Origin: Amphiscolops sp. MND2022
Lineage: Eukaryota
NCBI GenBank assembly: GCA_964187785.1
Contig: OZ076409.1
Location: 50,036,001-50,100,000, forward strand
DNA length: 64,000 nucleotides
Direction: 5' to 3'
A program made the position numbers and the translations under genes. Positions within the stretch are counted from its first letter, which is position 1; each line of letters starts with the position of its first letter. The notes under the pieces were generated by a model. It had not been told where the DNA came from and made no database searches. It saw only the letters and a program-made list of their open reading frames with translations. Shown piece after piece: positions 36,825 through 50,600 of this stretch.

Positions 36825-38009
36825 ATACTAATACAGTGGCTAGTTTTTTTTTCGTCAGACCACAGAGCTCACCGTGTATGTACCACTTTTCGTGCACTGC
36901 CATAGTCAACTTTTGCCGTGAAGTTTTACAGTTTTGAAAACATTTCCACTACTTCATCACAGCGATCACTTTGTTTTCACGCGTCAGTTTCTCAAATAAG
37001 TACCTTACGTAAACACCGTTAGTCAAATAGCACGCTGAATATGACGCTACTTTGAAACTTTTAATGTGAACGAAGTTTATTTGCATTGAAACTGCGGAAA
37101 AATTGATGAAGGTCTCAGCTGCTTTCAAAATTAAACAGCGTCTTGATGAAACCTGCAAAACTTCGCAGCTCGGATTTGCCGTCAAATTTAGGATGCATCT
37201 TATAGGCAGCTTGATAAAATTAAAGTGCATCAGTGAAGTTTTATTGCATGGACGTTTCCTTGAGAATTTTATAAAACCATGAAAAATTAGCTTGGTAGCC
37301 TACAAAAACTTGTAAAAGTTCAAGCAGTTCCAACCAGGGTGTGCACTTTTACCATAAGTACTCAGTACTTGATTTTGAACGCTTCCAAAGCCTCTAACAT
37401 GAAATACAAAACCATTGCGAATCAGAAAGGTCCCCATTTTTAAATTTTTGGCACAATGAGACTTTTCCCGCACACGTTTGGGATTGGGAAACTTTTTTCA
37501 AAAAATTTTAATTGTCTTCAAAAGGCCCCCTTAAGTTTTTTGGAAATTTTGCAACAGAATGAATTTTACAAAAAGCCCAAAGGGCACACTTTTCACAATT
37601 TTTGACATTGTGAGATTTTTCAAAGAGATTATTTTTCATCTTAAAAATTGGTTTTCTTGGCGGACCAGCTTGCTATATCTGAACCAGCTTGTTTCTTTTA
37701 AAACTCGATTATTCGGCACTATGCGAATTTTTTCCAATTTGTTTTCATCGAAGCTCCCTCGACTTTTACTAGGAACAAAACGTTTTGCGAGCATAGAAAA
37801 CTCATTAGGGTTTTTGGCACTCTGCGACTTTTTCCGGAACAACAAATTGTTTTTTTCGGTTCCTAATTGGGAAAGTGGTTTCCGAGTCTCATCGAGCATG
37901 AAGGGCACCCATGTAGGTGTTTCGGAAGTGTTTTCGGAGTTTTTCATAAAAGCGTCCTGGGCATATTCCAAGAACTCTGCACCTTTTGAGCCTTAGATTT
38001 AGCACCGAC

Positions 38010-40311
38010 TGTCGCGACCCGCTCCCGGCCGCTGTTTCTCGTGTTGCCATACCAAGTTTCGGGAAAGGACATGGACATGGCTACAGCGAGCACTAAAACT
38101 TTAGTTTAATTCTACTTACAGTACAGCTAAACAATTCGTAGCCAGTTTTTCAGATAACAGAGTTTACGTAAGCGTTACGGAACACTTTTGGAAAATGACT
38201 TTACACTAGCTAAATTTTCCGGTTTAACATTTTACACGTGATCATTTTATTTCCGGTTGAATTTCTGAAATTCACATGCCAATATAAATAGCAAAACAGA
38301 GACAGATTACGTAACGGAATATTAGATTTTCTTTTTCCACCCTGAATTGAAAAGATCAAAGATAATTAACTCCGTAATCACAACGAATCTCATACAATCT
38401 GAAATGAACATAACATGCTGAATAGTACAGTGGATTGTTTTCCAGTATTAAAGTAGTTGTCAAGGTTCACTTAAATTACTGTCAACCAATTTAGGCGAAT
38501 AATTACAACGTTATGACAGCGTCACTCTACTAAGCTAGTAGTTGGCGTTTCAATTTTTACGGACCAATAGCGTCATCCCTAAGCCCAGTTATTTGAGCTC
38601 AGTACAATTAGACTCGAGCTTAACCTAAAACGAATGTCACCATACCAACACCGACTAGCTAAAAGAAAGAAAATTAACGCCTACGCGCTCCGCTACATCT
38701 CCGTCAGCCACCACCCAGCTACCACTAGTCTTAGTTTATAAGGAGCGACTACGGAGTGAATTATACTATTGTAAAGCTGTACCTAAACTTAAAACGTGCT
38801 GAGTGACTACGGAGTAAATTATAAAGTTGTCAATACGAATTAGAGATTCGAGCTAACTTTTGAACGGGATTTCTTTAGGAAGCAATAAACTAAGTGATTT
38901 TTAAGAATAGAAATTACACCACGAAAAACTGTACTGAAAGGGAGAGTGTGAAATATGTATTTGTGTTCTAAATGCTATTCTACAGCGTACTCTTAATCAT
39001 AACTGCAAAAATTGTGTCTACTTTACGTTACAAATGATTTTCTTTAGAGACTCAAAACTCAACATTCCGTCATGATTGTGATCTAGTGTTTGATGATAAT
39101 ATAAAATACAACGTAAGGTTGCCGTTTCTGTACACTTTTGTAACGATTTGATAAATTCTGAATTGATCTGTATGATTGTTATGCAATTACAGTGTTGTCC
39201 TGATTCTATTTAGTACGCGCTGTGCCCGTACATTTCTGTCAGACTTCAATACCATTGTGCAAATCATGTAATTTGTTGCTATCAAGTGTGTCTTTTGGAA
39301 AATCATAAATCCATGTTTTTATTTCAGAAATGTTCAGTTTACGTTTGTGCCTATGATAACCAAACCAGATTGTGTTCATATTTAAAGTAACAGCGGAATG
39401 TTGTCTCAGCAACATTTGTTCTTGTCCCCATCGGTATTCAGAATTTTACATTTCCGAAACTCTTTGCTCCGTTCTAGTTACGTTGTCATTATTTAAGTGT
39501 CTTGAAACTCAAGTTTCCCAATTTGGAATTCGACTAACTGATAGCGCCGGCGTGCCTTCGTCGATGAAAATGTCAACTGGACTTTTATTTTGCCACAAAT
39601 TCGAAGTTCAAACAGGAGATAGAATTGCCTGAACAAAAATGATTTCAACAAGAGTTACTGAATAACGACGCAACTAGGAATTTCGATACCTGATTTTATG
39701 ATGCGGGACTGAATAATTTGAATCAATTGGGTTTTTGTGTGAACAAACCCGATTTATACGATAGCTAGGAATATTTAGGTGGGGAACAAATGATGCTGGG
39801 AAAGTATATATAGTTAAAGAAAATTGTTAGTTTTAGTTGATAATTTTGCTGTCTTGTGAATTCTTATTCTCCGTAATCGAAACGAAAAGCGTCTTCCTTG
39901 ACTTAACTACTTCCAATGACCATTTTCCATCATTTCATTTAAAATGACAACTAGAAGTCAGGAAAGCTGTAGCTGAGTTACCTTCAGGAGAGTTTGAAGC
40001 TCCGACTTCCGAAAGCAATCTAGTTGAAAACCTCGTAGCTGGACCGAGTAAATCACCCAAAGTTAACCTGAGAAGTTAGATGAGATAAAACATCTCAAGA
40101 AAAGAAATTTTGTCTGATCTCACTAAAATTCGCGCTGATAATCAAAACGAAATGTTAAAGCTCATAGCATCTATGACTTCAAAATCTCTGGACCACCAAG
40201 CATTAGAAAACTCTGACTCTGAACCCGAAAAAATCTCCGTACCTCGAACGTCCACCCCTGTAAAAACTAAAACGACTACATTCAAAACCTCCCCGATAAA
40301 TAGTCGTAACA
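38010..40311 (+). mobile_element. Solo LTR (2.3 kb) of a family related to element 3
   Basis: TGTCGCG..CGTAACA flanked by CCGAC duplication (38005-38009, 40312-40316); termini resemble element 3 LTR; GTATATATAG at ~39804; decayed gag N-terminus MTTRSQ..AGPSKSPK..NQNEMLKLI. Confidence 0.9.
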
Positions 40312-40696
40312 CCGACTTTGGTATCGCATTACCGTGACAAAGCTTTTGACCGAGAAATTTGTGATGTTTCCGGTATAGTTTTGGAACTTCTCAAGGCTAC
40401 ATGACCAGCCCATGTCTTTTGTTTCTCGATGCTCCGCAATTTTTGCAAAAAATGCGACTGATGGTCTTACTCCAGCTTTTGAGTCAATTTCGCAGTTGAG
40501 TCTATTACTGTTGTCAGATTTGTCTTAACACATTGCATCGAAGACTTTGCATCAGTGTGACAAGTGTTAATTAACACTTGTGACACTGACCCAAAGTCTT
40601 CGAAGTAATATGTAATGACAAATATGACAACAGTAAAAAACTCAACTTAAGGCGCATTTTGTAAAATTTGTTTTCGACTATTTTAGCGAGTAGTTT

Positions 40697-43600
40697 TTTT
40701 ACGCAGCACAGAGCTCGTACTGGAAGGTGTTTCACAGATTTTCGGATAATCCGCCATTTGCCCAGTTTTTTGGGCAATAAGCGGACGCCGACTTCAGACG
40801 TTTTATAATTCTTGCTTCTTGGCATTTCTAGACAGAAATACGCTTTATACTAATACATTTTCACAATACGATCATTATGTTCTCTGAATTTTAAAAATTC
40901 CCTGAATCTTGCATTCCCAGTGCTGCACCGTATTATGTGGTACAAAAGCGTATTCTATGTGCATTTTAGAGATGTTTCATCTACTCCGAAACGTGTCATC
41001 GTTTCTATAGTATCTTGCTCTCTTTTTCTAAAAGTTACATAGTGCTGAGACTTTTTCCAGGGCAAAGAAATATCTATTAAAATTTTTGTAATCTACCGAT
41101 TTTTGAGTTCTCGAACAATTTTGTCGAAAAATGAACGCTGCTGTTACCTTCAGGAGTTTGGACTGCGGCCGATGAGGAAAAAGCAGCCACCGAAATAACC
41201 CAAAAGAATGGTTGCAAGCAGACACTTCTACTCTTCTCAAGAGATATGAGCATGTTCAGAAATATTTGGTACGAAAGAACTTTTGCGCATAAAAATGTCA
41301 CCGACAGCTGACAAAAACGTTTTAATGGTAAAATAAGTCAGTATGTTAGCGACAGCTAAGTTTTTCAAAGGAACAAATAGAGATACAATGTTCGATCGAG
41401 CCTCTAGCAGTTTTCAAAGATTTTGGATTCCCAATTGACACTATTAATAAACTGCAACCAATTTGCAAGAAAAATTCAAATTGTGGCTGAAGTATTTGCC
41501 TTCGAAATTAGCAGATGTTTTTGGAAAAATCGATGTGCTCGTGTATTTGTATTTTGTCTATCTAATTAGGCATCCACAATCCATTTTATAAATTTCAATA
41601 GGAATACAATCTCGCGAAAAAATAACACATAGACTTTTCGGAAAACATGATTAAATTTTGTTGTGGAATGAAATCAAGCTATTGTATTCCAGTGTTGTAC
41701 CAGTTCTGTCAGCCTGCAACTAAGTATTTGTATATTTAAAACATTTTTTTCAAACATTTCTAGGCAACATACCATATAAATCGTTCTCCGAGAGTTAAAA
41801 CACAATTAGAAACTTTATGATGACCATGGTCATCATAAAGTTTCTAATTGTGTTTTAACTCTCGGAGAACGATTTATATGGTATGTTGCTTAGAAATGTT
41901 TTAAAAAAATGTTTTAAATATACAAAAAAGCGTCCCACAAATACAAGGGTAGGACGCCGGGAGGTAGAGAAACATCACCGTTGTTGTTGGGCGACACTCC
42001 GTTGTAGTTATCGCAGCTGACAGACTGCGACATCATTATATTCTATAATCATCTTTATTGCAATAACCAGTCTGAATTACAAATGCAGCTTAACCTGCAG
42101 GCGTCCTACCCTTGTAATTGTGGGACGCTTAGTCCATTCGCCTACAAACTTCTCCGAACCTATTCTACTTAATTTACAAATATTTTTAAAACGAGATCTG
42201 GCATTTTAGTATCTTACTGTTAATAGTCATGCAGTCTATATTAATATTCATAAAAACCACAAATGTTTTGCTAAATCTAGATGAAATTATTAGGCAAAGC
42301 AGTATTGTAAATCATCATGTTTTTTTTAACGCAGCACAGAGCTCGTTCTGGAAGGTGTTTCACAGATTTTTGGATAATCCGCCATTTGCACAGTTTTTTT
42401 GGGCAATAAGCGGACGCCGACTTCAGACGTTTTATAATTCTTGCTTCTTGGCATTTCTAGACAGAAATACGCTTTATACTAATACATTTTCACAATACGA
42501 TCATTATGTTCTCTGAATTTTAAAAATTCCCTGAATCTTGCATTCCCAGTGCTGCACCGTATTATGTGGTACAAAAGCGTATTCTATGTGCATTTTAGAG
42601 ATGTTTCATCTACTCCGAAACGTGTCATCGTTTCTATAGTATCTTGCTCTCTTTTTCTAAAAGTTACATAGTGCTGAGACTTTTTCCAGGGCAAAGAAAT
42701 ATCTATTAAAATTTTTGTAATCTACCGATTTTTGAGTTCTCGAACAATTTTGTCGAAAAATGAACGCTGCTGTTACCTTCAGGAGTTTGGACTGCGGCCG
42801 ATGAGGAAAAAGCAGCCACCGAAATAACCCAAAAGAATGGTTGCAAGCAGACACTTCTACTCTTCTCAAGAGATATGAGCATGTTCAGAAATATTTGGTA
42901 CGAAAGAACTTTTGCGCATAAAAATGTCACCGACAGCTGACAAAAACGTTTTAATGGTAAAATAAGTCAGTATGTTAGCGACAGCTAAGTTTTTCAAAGG
43001 AACAAATAGAGATACAATGTTCGATCGAGCCTCTAGCAGTTTTCAAAGATTTTGGATTCCCAATTGACACTATTAATAAACTGCAACCAATTTGCAAGAA
43101 AAATTCAAATTGTGGCTGAAGTATTTGCCTTCGAAATTAGCAGATGTTTTTGGAAAAATCGATGTGCTTGTGTATTTGTATTTTGTCTATCTAATTAGGC
43201 ATCCACAATCCATTTTATAATTTTCAATAGGAATCCAATCTCGTGAAAAAATAACACAAAGACTTTTCGGAAAACATGATTAAATTTTGTTGTGCAATGA
43301 AAAAAAGCTATAATATTCCAGTGTTGTACCAGTTCTTTCAGCCTACAACTAAGTATTTGTAAATTCAAAACATTTTTTTCAAACATTTCTGAGCAACATA
43401 CCATATAAATCGTTCTCCGAGAGTTAAAACACAATTGGAAACTATATGATGACCAGGTTAAGCTGCATTTGTAATTCAGACTGGTTATTGCAATAAAGAT
43501 GATTATAGAATATAATGATGTCACAGTCTGTCAGATGCGATAACTACAACGGAGTGTCGCCCAACAACAACGGTGAGGTTTCTCTACCTCCCGGCGTCCT

Positions 43601-43808
43601 ACCCTTGTAATTGTGGGACGCTTAGTCCATTCGCCTACAAACTTTTCCGAACCTAATCTACTTAATTTACAAATATTTGTATAAACGAGATTTGGCATTT
43701 TAGTTTTTTACTGTTAATAGTCATGCAGTCTATATTAATATTCATAAAAACCACAAATGTTTTGCTAAATCTAGATGAAATTATTAGGCAAAGCAGTATT
43801 GTAAATCA
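40697..43808. repeat. Tandem duplication (~1.6 kb offset) with internal palindrome and inversion
   Basis: Identical ORF pairs 41028/42657 (offset 1629); ~200-bp palindrome centred 41826/41827; 41929-42098 is an inverted copy of 43455-43622. Confidence 0.9.
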
Positions 43809-44474
43809 ACCGAATACTTCAAAGGAAACGGGTTCGAATAGACTATTCCTCTAGTCAATTCGACAAGCAGTCCCCCTTGGTAATCCACCAATCAGATATC
43901 AGCTTTCCTCTGGACTTGAATTTGTAACTTGATTTGTTGCTACTTTTATCACATACCTAAGGTGACATAATAACGACGTCATCCCTCAGGGTTTATCTTG
44001 GGTATCATTACTTCCATTATTCTGACTGTCTGTTATGCAAAATGTACTAGAAATAGGTTGTCCCAAGGGAAGGAGGACACAATTTGATGAACCTTATGCT
44101 GAACAACACTTGCGTTTGATGATAGTTGCCATCTTGAAAATACTATTCGTTACTAATATTCTCCTCTTAGTAAATCAGGTTTGTTGATTTATCAAGATCT
44201 GTAATACAATATTTTTTGAGCAATCAATTTTTTTGCCTTCAATGCATCTTACAAGAAAGCAGAAAGCCAGAGGGAAAACTCTAGGCAATCGGACGTCATC
44301 TTAGGAAATAACTCCAAGAATGAATTAGCTGGCAACCAGGAAAATGGAAAAAAGAGAAGTTGACTTAGAGACAAAAGATCCACCACAAGATATCAACCCT
44401 CTTTGTGAAAAGTTTAGGTTGTGAAGGCAAATCGTAGAGAAAATAGTGAATTAACAATTAAGACATCAACAACA

Positions 44475-45040
44475 ATGGTGAAATCAACTGCCAAGTTACA
44501 AGGCAACCAGATGAAATCAAAGCAGACTTGAATTCGCGTTTTAGAGGAAAAAGACACAACAACCACTAAAAAAACTTAACTTTGTTTCATTCAGAATACT
44601 ATCATAAAGCCAGGAAAAGATATTCGGCAAATTGAGGGCTCAAGGTCCGGCTACATAGGAACACCGAATCTGGAAAAAGTAAGAAACCTTGGGAAGTCCA
44701 AATCGAATACGAATTCGCGTAATCAGCGCCACTACGTAACTTACGATTCTGAAGGATCCCAGGATAGTGATATTGCTTACGACATGGTGACATGTGCCAA
44801 CCCCACCCCTCGTTGAGTTTTTGAATTTCTCACTGGAGGGCCCAAGCAATCCCGAGAACATCTCGCCATGTTGAGTCTCAGAACACTACTCTAACAGTCC
44901 CAGAGACGACAATCCAAAATACACTTTCTGATCCCATCAACCGTCTTGCAGACGTGTTAGTCGGCTTGATCAATAAACCATCAGCCTAATCACGCACCGT
45001 ACGCCCATTCAGCACGACTACACTGAGGTTCAATGACAAA
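44475..45040 (+). mobile_element. Decayed fragment of a further Gypsy element (LTR end, PBS, gag start)
   Basis: ..TTACGACA at 44784 followed by TGGTGACA as in elements 2 and 3; downstream DPINRLADVLVG gag-like remnant; boundaries uncertain. Confidence 0.45.
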
Positions 45041-45044
45041 CAAA

Positions 45045-47037
45045 CTCTTCTTGCAAGTCAGCAATTTCCCTTTGTTCCGCTTCTCCTCTCAGTTGCTCCA
45101 GGCGAGTTTGCAGTTCTTCTTGCTCTTTCAAAATGTTTAGCTCTAAATCGAGAAATCGTCTTACACTTGATGTTTTTTGAAATCACAGAGGTTTTGTTGC
45201 TTTTGGTTTTGTCACCTTGCGGGAGTATGCTCAATTCTTCTATTGGCAGCGATCTACCTCTGTTTTTGGATCTTCGAATGTTGTGACCATCGTGTTCCTT
45301 TTGCGTGTCATCAAGTTCCGAAACCTTTGTAGATCGTATTTCATTTTTACAGGATTTGTCTACTGCCGCGTTCGCACGAAGTTTGCTAGTCTTTATTCAG
45401 GTTCTTCAAGACTTCGCAAAAGGGCACCCTCGTCTCCTGACTTCAGCAAACCATCAATGTTCGTTCTGATGTCAGACCTTTTCGGCAGCAGTTCTTGACA
45501 TGCTGCAGCATATTCTGCTTTGTAGACTTCTTCGCCTTTTGCGAGTTTATCATCGCGCAGCCTTTCGTTCCTATGCATTCTTTCATCAACAGAATGTTTA
45601 GTTTCCTCAAGATCCTAATAGTTTTGTATCTGCTTTTCACCTTGCAATGCTGACATCAGCATTTCACCCTATCAATGCTGGAGTTTTGATGCTGCCACTC
45701 AACAAAGTGGCCCTGCATCCCTTCGTTCACTGCTGAGAACATTTCGGGTGTCTCAAGCCGGTACTTGACTTTGATTGCCTTTTCGACTGCCTTAATGAGC
45801 CGTTCTCGCCTGTTTAGGGCATCTGTTCGTCATAACAGTAGCTCTGCTTTTTGTTTATCGTCATCATCGCTAGTTAGGTTTTCATCAAATGCTTTAACAG
45901 TCTTTCCGTGCTCGACAGCTGCATTCCAATAACTCAACATTTGGACTTTTTCTGCTGCATTTTTCAGAAAGTTTTCAATTTTGTTGATATTAAACTGTTG
46001 TGTTGGTTGAGCCACTTCTTCACTTTTCCATTTAATTTAGTTCCAATGTCACAAAAGCACACACGCCCAGAATCACAATAGCCCAATCTCCCAGAGACAC
46101 AAAATCCCAATCTCCCAGAGACACAATAGACCGATTCTCCTAGAGACACAATAGTCCAAACTCTCCGGGTCACAGTAGCACAATTTCACTGGGACACAAT
46201 AGCCTAAGTCTCCTAAAGACACAGTAGTCCAAACTCTCAGGGTCACAGTAGCACAATTTCAGAGAGACACAATTGCCCCAATAACCTAGGTTAAACACAA
46301 TGTTGTACCTAGAAACAATAGCACAGGCTCCGATATTCAGACACCTGTTCTTCTTGGGCAATCTTGTCAGTTGTCCACCAACGAGTCGTCTTCATCCTCG
46401 TCTTCTTCCGGTCCGGGTCGAACTGATGACGTCCGGGTCGGCGTACCAAATGTAACGGCTGCATGCCCTTAGCCTGTGCTGAGGCTTCACAAGCTTTACG
46501 CCGCCCTGATCCGTTGCTTAGTACTGTCGACCATCACTAAGCAAATCCTGGTTTTCTTGTTTTGAAGTACTGTATCTTTTGGCTGGTGGGTCCGATGTGC
46601 CCCGTAGGATCTCCTGCGATCCCTCTTTACACTTGTTTGGGTCAGCTGATGCCTTCGACACACTTCTCTCACTGTATTTTCACGCGCTTCGGCTCTCCAA
46701 CTATGAGAGTAGCTACTTAGTCGTTCTGACTCTAGCGGAAAATTGTGAAGATTTAGAAGTTGATTAATTAGTCAATTGGTCATAAGACCCAACTTGACTA
46801 TAGCCATTCAGTCGTGAGAATCTCTCTAGTAATGGTCTAGATCCGGTTTACCTAAATCCGGTCTAAATCTTCAGTAAATAGAGTAAATATAAATAAGTAT
46901 AAATAAATGACAGTTAGAGCATAATATGAAGTTATTGATTAAGTAAACAAAGTATGTGGTGGTTTTGGCATGTTGATTAGGTGGGTTAGAAGGTATGTTT
47001 GTACAATGTAAATATCAATAAGTTCAACAGAGTTACA
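45045..47037 (-). mobile_element. Truncated reverse-oriented LTR element: LTR 47037-46451, PBS, repeat-rich leader, decayed coiled-coil ORF
   Basis: On minus strand TGTAAC..GTTACA termini (587 bp), then TT and TGGTACGCCGACC; ~22-bp tandem repeats 46060-46320; broken ORF from 46015 (MAQPTQQF..). Superfamily (possibly BEL/Pao) not resolved. Confidence 0.6.
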
Positions 47038-47191
47038 TTTCCTTCAAGGTCGTATAAGAAATTCACATAATAACTTGCATAGCAAAAATGAGTTTCCATG
47101 GGGTCCGGCCTAGGTCACTTTCGGTGTTAATTGCCCTGAACCCTGGGGAGATACGGGGTTGATTGCATCGAGTGAAAAATTAAGTTAGCAC

Positions 47192-49556
47192 TGTCACAGT
47201 CCGCTCCCGGACTGGTTTGCGGCTGCAGACGAGTAGGATACGGACGTGGGCACGGCTGTACAGCAAAATTGGCAAACAGGTATTTCAGATACTGACTCAA
47301 ACTGTAGTTAATGTTTAAAATAAACTGTGACTGAAAATGAAAATACGTCTAGTGTGCGCAAATCTAAAAATGAAAATGGAAACAGAGAAACACTTAGCCA
47401 AAATGATTTCATACATTTCCGGCAGGACGTTCCCATAACGCTGAATTAAACAATTTACACCTGAAAATTAAATTAAAAGATGTCTTAGGAAAAGATCATA
47501 GACTAAACTAAACAAGAATACAGGCACAAATTATCTCCAAACAGAGTACATTAGCTGGATCTAAAATGGAAAAACACTTTGAAATATATATATAGAGCGA
47601 TTACGCCTCGTCAAAATAAGGCTATTTAATTGCGTTTGAACAGCAATTAAAGTGGTTTAGAACGCACAGATTGCGCAAAGCAAACAATACGGCAGTGAGA
47701 ACTTGGCTACATGTATATTTGTCGTCTATAGAACGCAGACAAGTTTTGAAGGTATACTGAGTGACGTCACTGCCTCGCCTATGCATACCAAACTTCATTC
47801 CAATTATCCGCCTATATCAACCACTATGCTAGGAAATCATTCCAATTTACCGCCTGTGTGACGTCACAATACTAGTAACTAGCTGCTAACTTGTCTCAAA
47901 ATACGCGTCAACGGTGTGGCAAACTTGGCAGAGCTTAGTATTGCCAAGAAAATGCGTCACAGTGACGACGACAAGTTTATGAAATCAATTGGAAATAGGA
48001 AAACCTGTCAAAATAACAGGTTTTATCCTCATGTTTAATTCGCAGCTTCATAAGGAATATGATAGTGGCTTTTCTTAATCCGTATTGCAGACGTTTCGTC
48101 AATGTCAAGCTATCTGAAATTTCACACTTAAAACATATCTGATATAGGTGTAGTATAAAATCCAGTTAGTGCGTTAATTAGTCGTCATTGCACTTTTTGA
48201 CAATAGAGGAAACCTACCCGGGTATCTTTTAGATGAGATTTCACATGAAGTTAAGCAAAAGTCACAGTTTATACTCACGTTCAGTGCGGGTAAAACATAT
48301 TTTGTACCCAGAAATGTATTTTCATAAGTTTGTACCTTTTACTTTCAATTTGCCAAATATGTACATGATAATTGTTGATGCGATCATTTCCTTATCTACG
48401 TTCCCCTAATGGGTTTGGGAAATGTCGTGCTGATGACGGAATTGTAATTGTGAAAGTGCTAACTGTTGTTATACTATTGGTTTTGTAAAATGTGACGCAA
48501 TTGATGCGACAAACCAAGCTTTGTATCTGTTTTTCTTTATTTTGTTGGAATTCATGAATGTTAACTTTATTTCTATAATTGCGTTATTCATCCAAAATAT
48601 TCTCCTAGCATCGATTAAATAATCCTAGTTTGGAATTAGTCATTGCATTTTTATCAAGTTGAAATTCAAAATCAGGTATTAGTTGTTCACGTCAGCGTCA
48701 TCCTAGCGTCAATTTCCCGCGAACCGAAGCAGCAAAACAGGGAATTATTTCCGGTTTGATAGACTGAAGTAATATCTACTTCCTGCTCGGGAGGAAGCAA
48801 AAGGACGCCGGAATGAAATGATATGAATATGTGTGATGACTAATACTAAAAGTAGAACATCGTGTCTCAAATTTTGTCGAATTGTCGGCGCACTTTTGGG
48901 ATTTTGATGATTTTTTCACCGAAAAAACAGGAAATGACTAATTATTTTAAAAAATTTGGGAATATGTACGTGATCAAATGATGCTAGGAGGGTATATATA
49001 GGAAGTGCAAATTTTTCTGAGGGACTCAGTCTTTTACCAGTGCTGCAACCTAGTTGTCCCAAACTTGTTGTTCTCAAACTACTCTCATTCTTCTAACTCT
49101 GTTGAAAATCAGAAAGTAAAATTGAATCCTTCAAGAATAAATCTTTCTTCAACAACATGTCTACAACACGAAGCCAAAAGAGAAAGAATATCCAGCGAGA
49201 AGTTGACGATAATGTAAGTGAAGGCTTTGTTTCGCCAATAAATGCGGAAAATTCTCATCCTTTAGATCAAAACGTAGAATTAGCAGGTCCTTCGAGGCCC
49301 AAGTCCCCCAGAGTAGAAAATAGTTTCTTGGAAAGCATAAGGTCCTCCCTGAAGGAAGAAATAACGTCCGAGATTAAGACTCTTTTGCTCGAGTCCCAAA
49401 AGGAAATGTTGAAACTCTTGAGATCTGAAACGAGAGAAAACGTAAGAGACCATGTATCAGAAGAACTAGAAAATGAAACAAGAAGCTTCTATTTTCCGAC
49501 GAAAACAGTGCGAATTAATTCTACCCAAAACGAAGATCATAGCATAATTCGTATTA
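47192..49556 (+). repeat. 5' LTR of element 3
   Basis: TGTCACAG..CGTATTA (terminal CA mutated relative to 3' copy CGTAACA); GTATATATAG near 48993, AATAAA at 49136; about 1% different from the 3' LTR by manual count. Confidence 0.96.
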
Positions 49557-50600
49557 TGGTGACAGGAGTTTTAAACGACTCCACCAATCAACCCAAGAGA
49601 ACAAAGGTCCGATCTCAAAGCCAACCCCCGTCAAAAGAACGCCCAGCAATAACGCGAACTTTGTTCGCCCCAGAACAAACTAACACCACGATGCTACCCA
49701 TGCCAAAAGCTCTAACGGCGTCACTTCCAACCTTTGACGGGAAATCTGAAAAATTCGAGCTCTTTGAAGATCTCTTTAGGAATAATATCAAAATGTATCC
49801 GCACCTTACGGAAATACAAAAGATAAACTACTTCCACTCCCTACTCCGGGGAGACGCCTTACAAGCATTTTGCAACATTGAAGACTCGAAGAAAGACTCA
49901 CTAGACGAGATTATAACGATATTCAAACGACGATTTGGGGACTACCTGTCGATGGCAAAGGCTAGATGCGAATGGGACGCACTAAAATTTGACCCTTCGA
50001 CACAAAAACTCCACGAATTCCTGGATGTACTACAGAGAACTGCAAAAGAAGCTTTTGGGAACAGAGGCACAGCAATTCATAGACAAGGCTATATACGCCA
50101 AAATGCCAGACCACGTCAAGAAAATACTAAACCGCGCATACCTCGAAGACAAACCCTATAACGACATAGTACTCCACCTGGAAAGGGAAATGCGTCTCAA
50201 TGGACTAGGAGCGCCAGACGAGGTAACGCTAGTGCCCTTAAACAAAATTGAACCTGCCCAAACAAAAACTGAACCTAAACCAGTGGAAACTACCGCCCAA
50301 ACCACTAAAAAAGGGTATTGCTTCTATTGTAACAAATTCGGACATCATAAAGCCGAATGTCGTAAAATGAAGAGAGACAAATGGATGCATACCCGAAGAA
50401 ACAATGGACCAACCAACCACAGTGCAGGCAAACCACCCAAATGCGATACCTGCGGCAAACCCCACAAAACAGAGGATTGTTGGAACGGAGCCAATGCTGC
50501 CAACGACCCACGACCTAAGCGTCACAACACACAAGAAAGTAAAAGGGACACCCCCGTCACACAATCAACAAACCAACCCGATGATGAATCAAAAAACTAA
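49157..50600 (+). pseudogene. gag: Gag of element 3 (one frameshift near 50050)
   Basis: MSTTRSQ start in LTR, LPTFDG..LRGDALQAF, two knuckles CFYCNKFGHHKAEC and CDTCGKPHKTEDC. Confidence 0.9.
49557..49569 (+). promoter_or_regulatory. Primer-binding site of element 3 (TGGTGACAGGAGT)
   Basis: Directly follows LTR; identical to element 2 PBS. Confidence 0.8.

Noticed and set aside
46060..46320. ~22-bp repeat array
   Set aside because: Degenerate minisatellite in a retroelement leader; no spacer structure.
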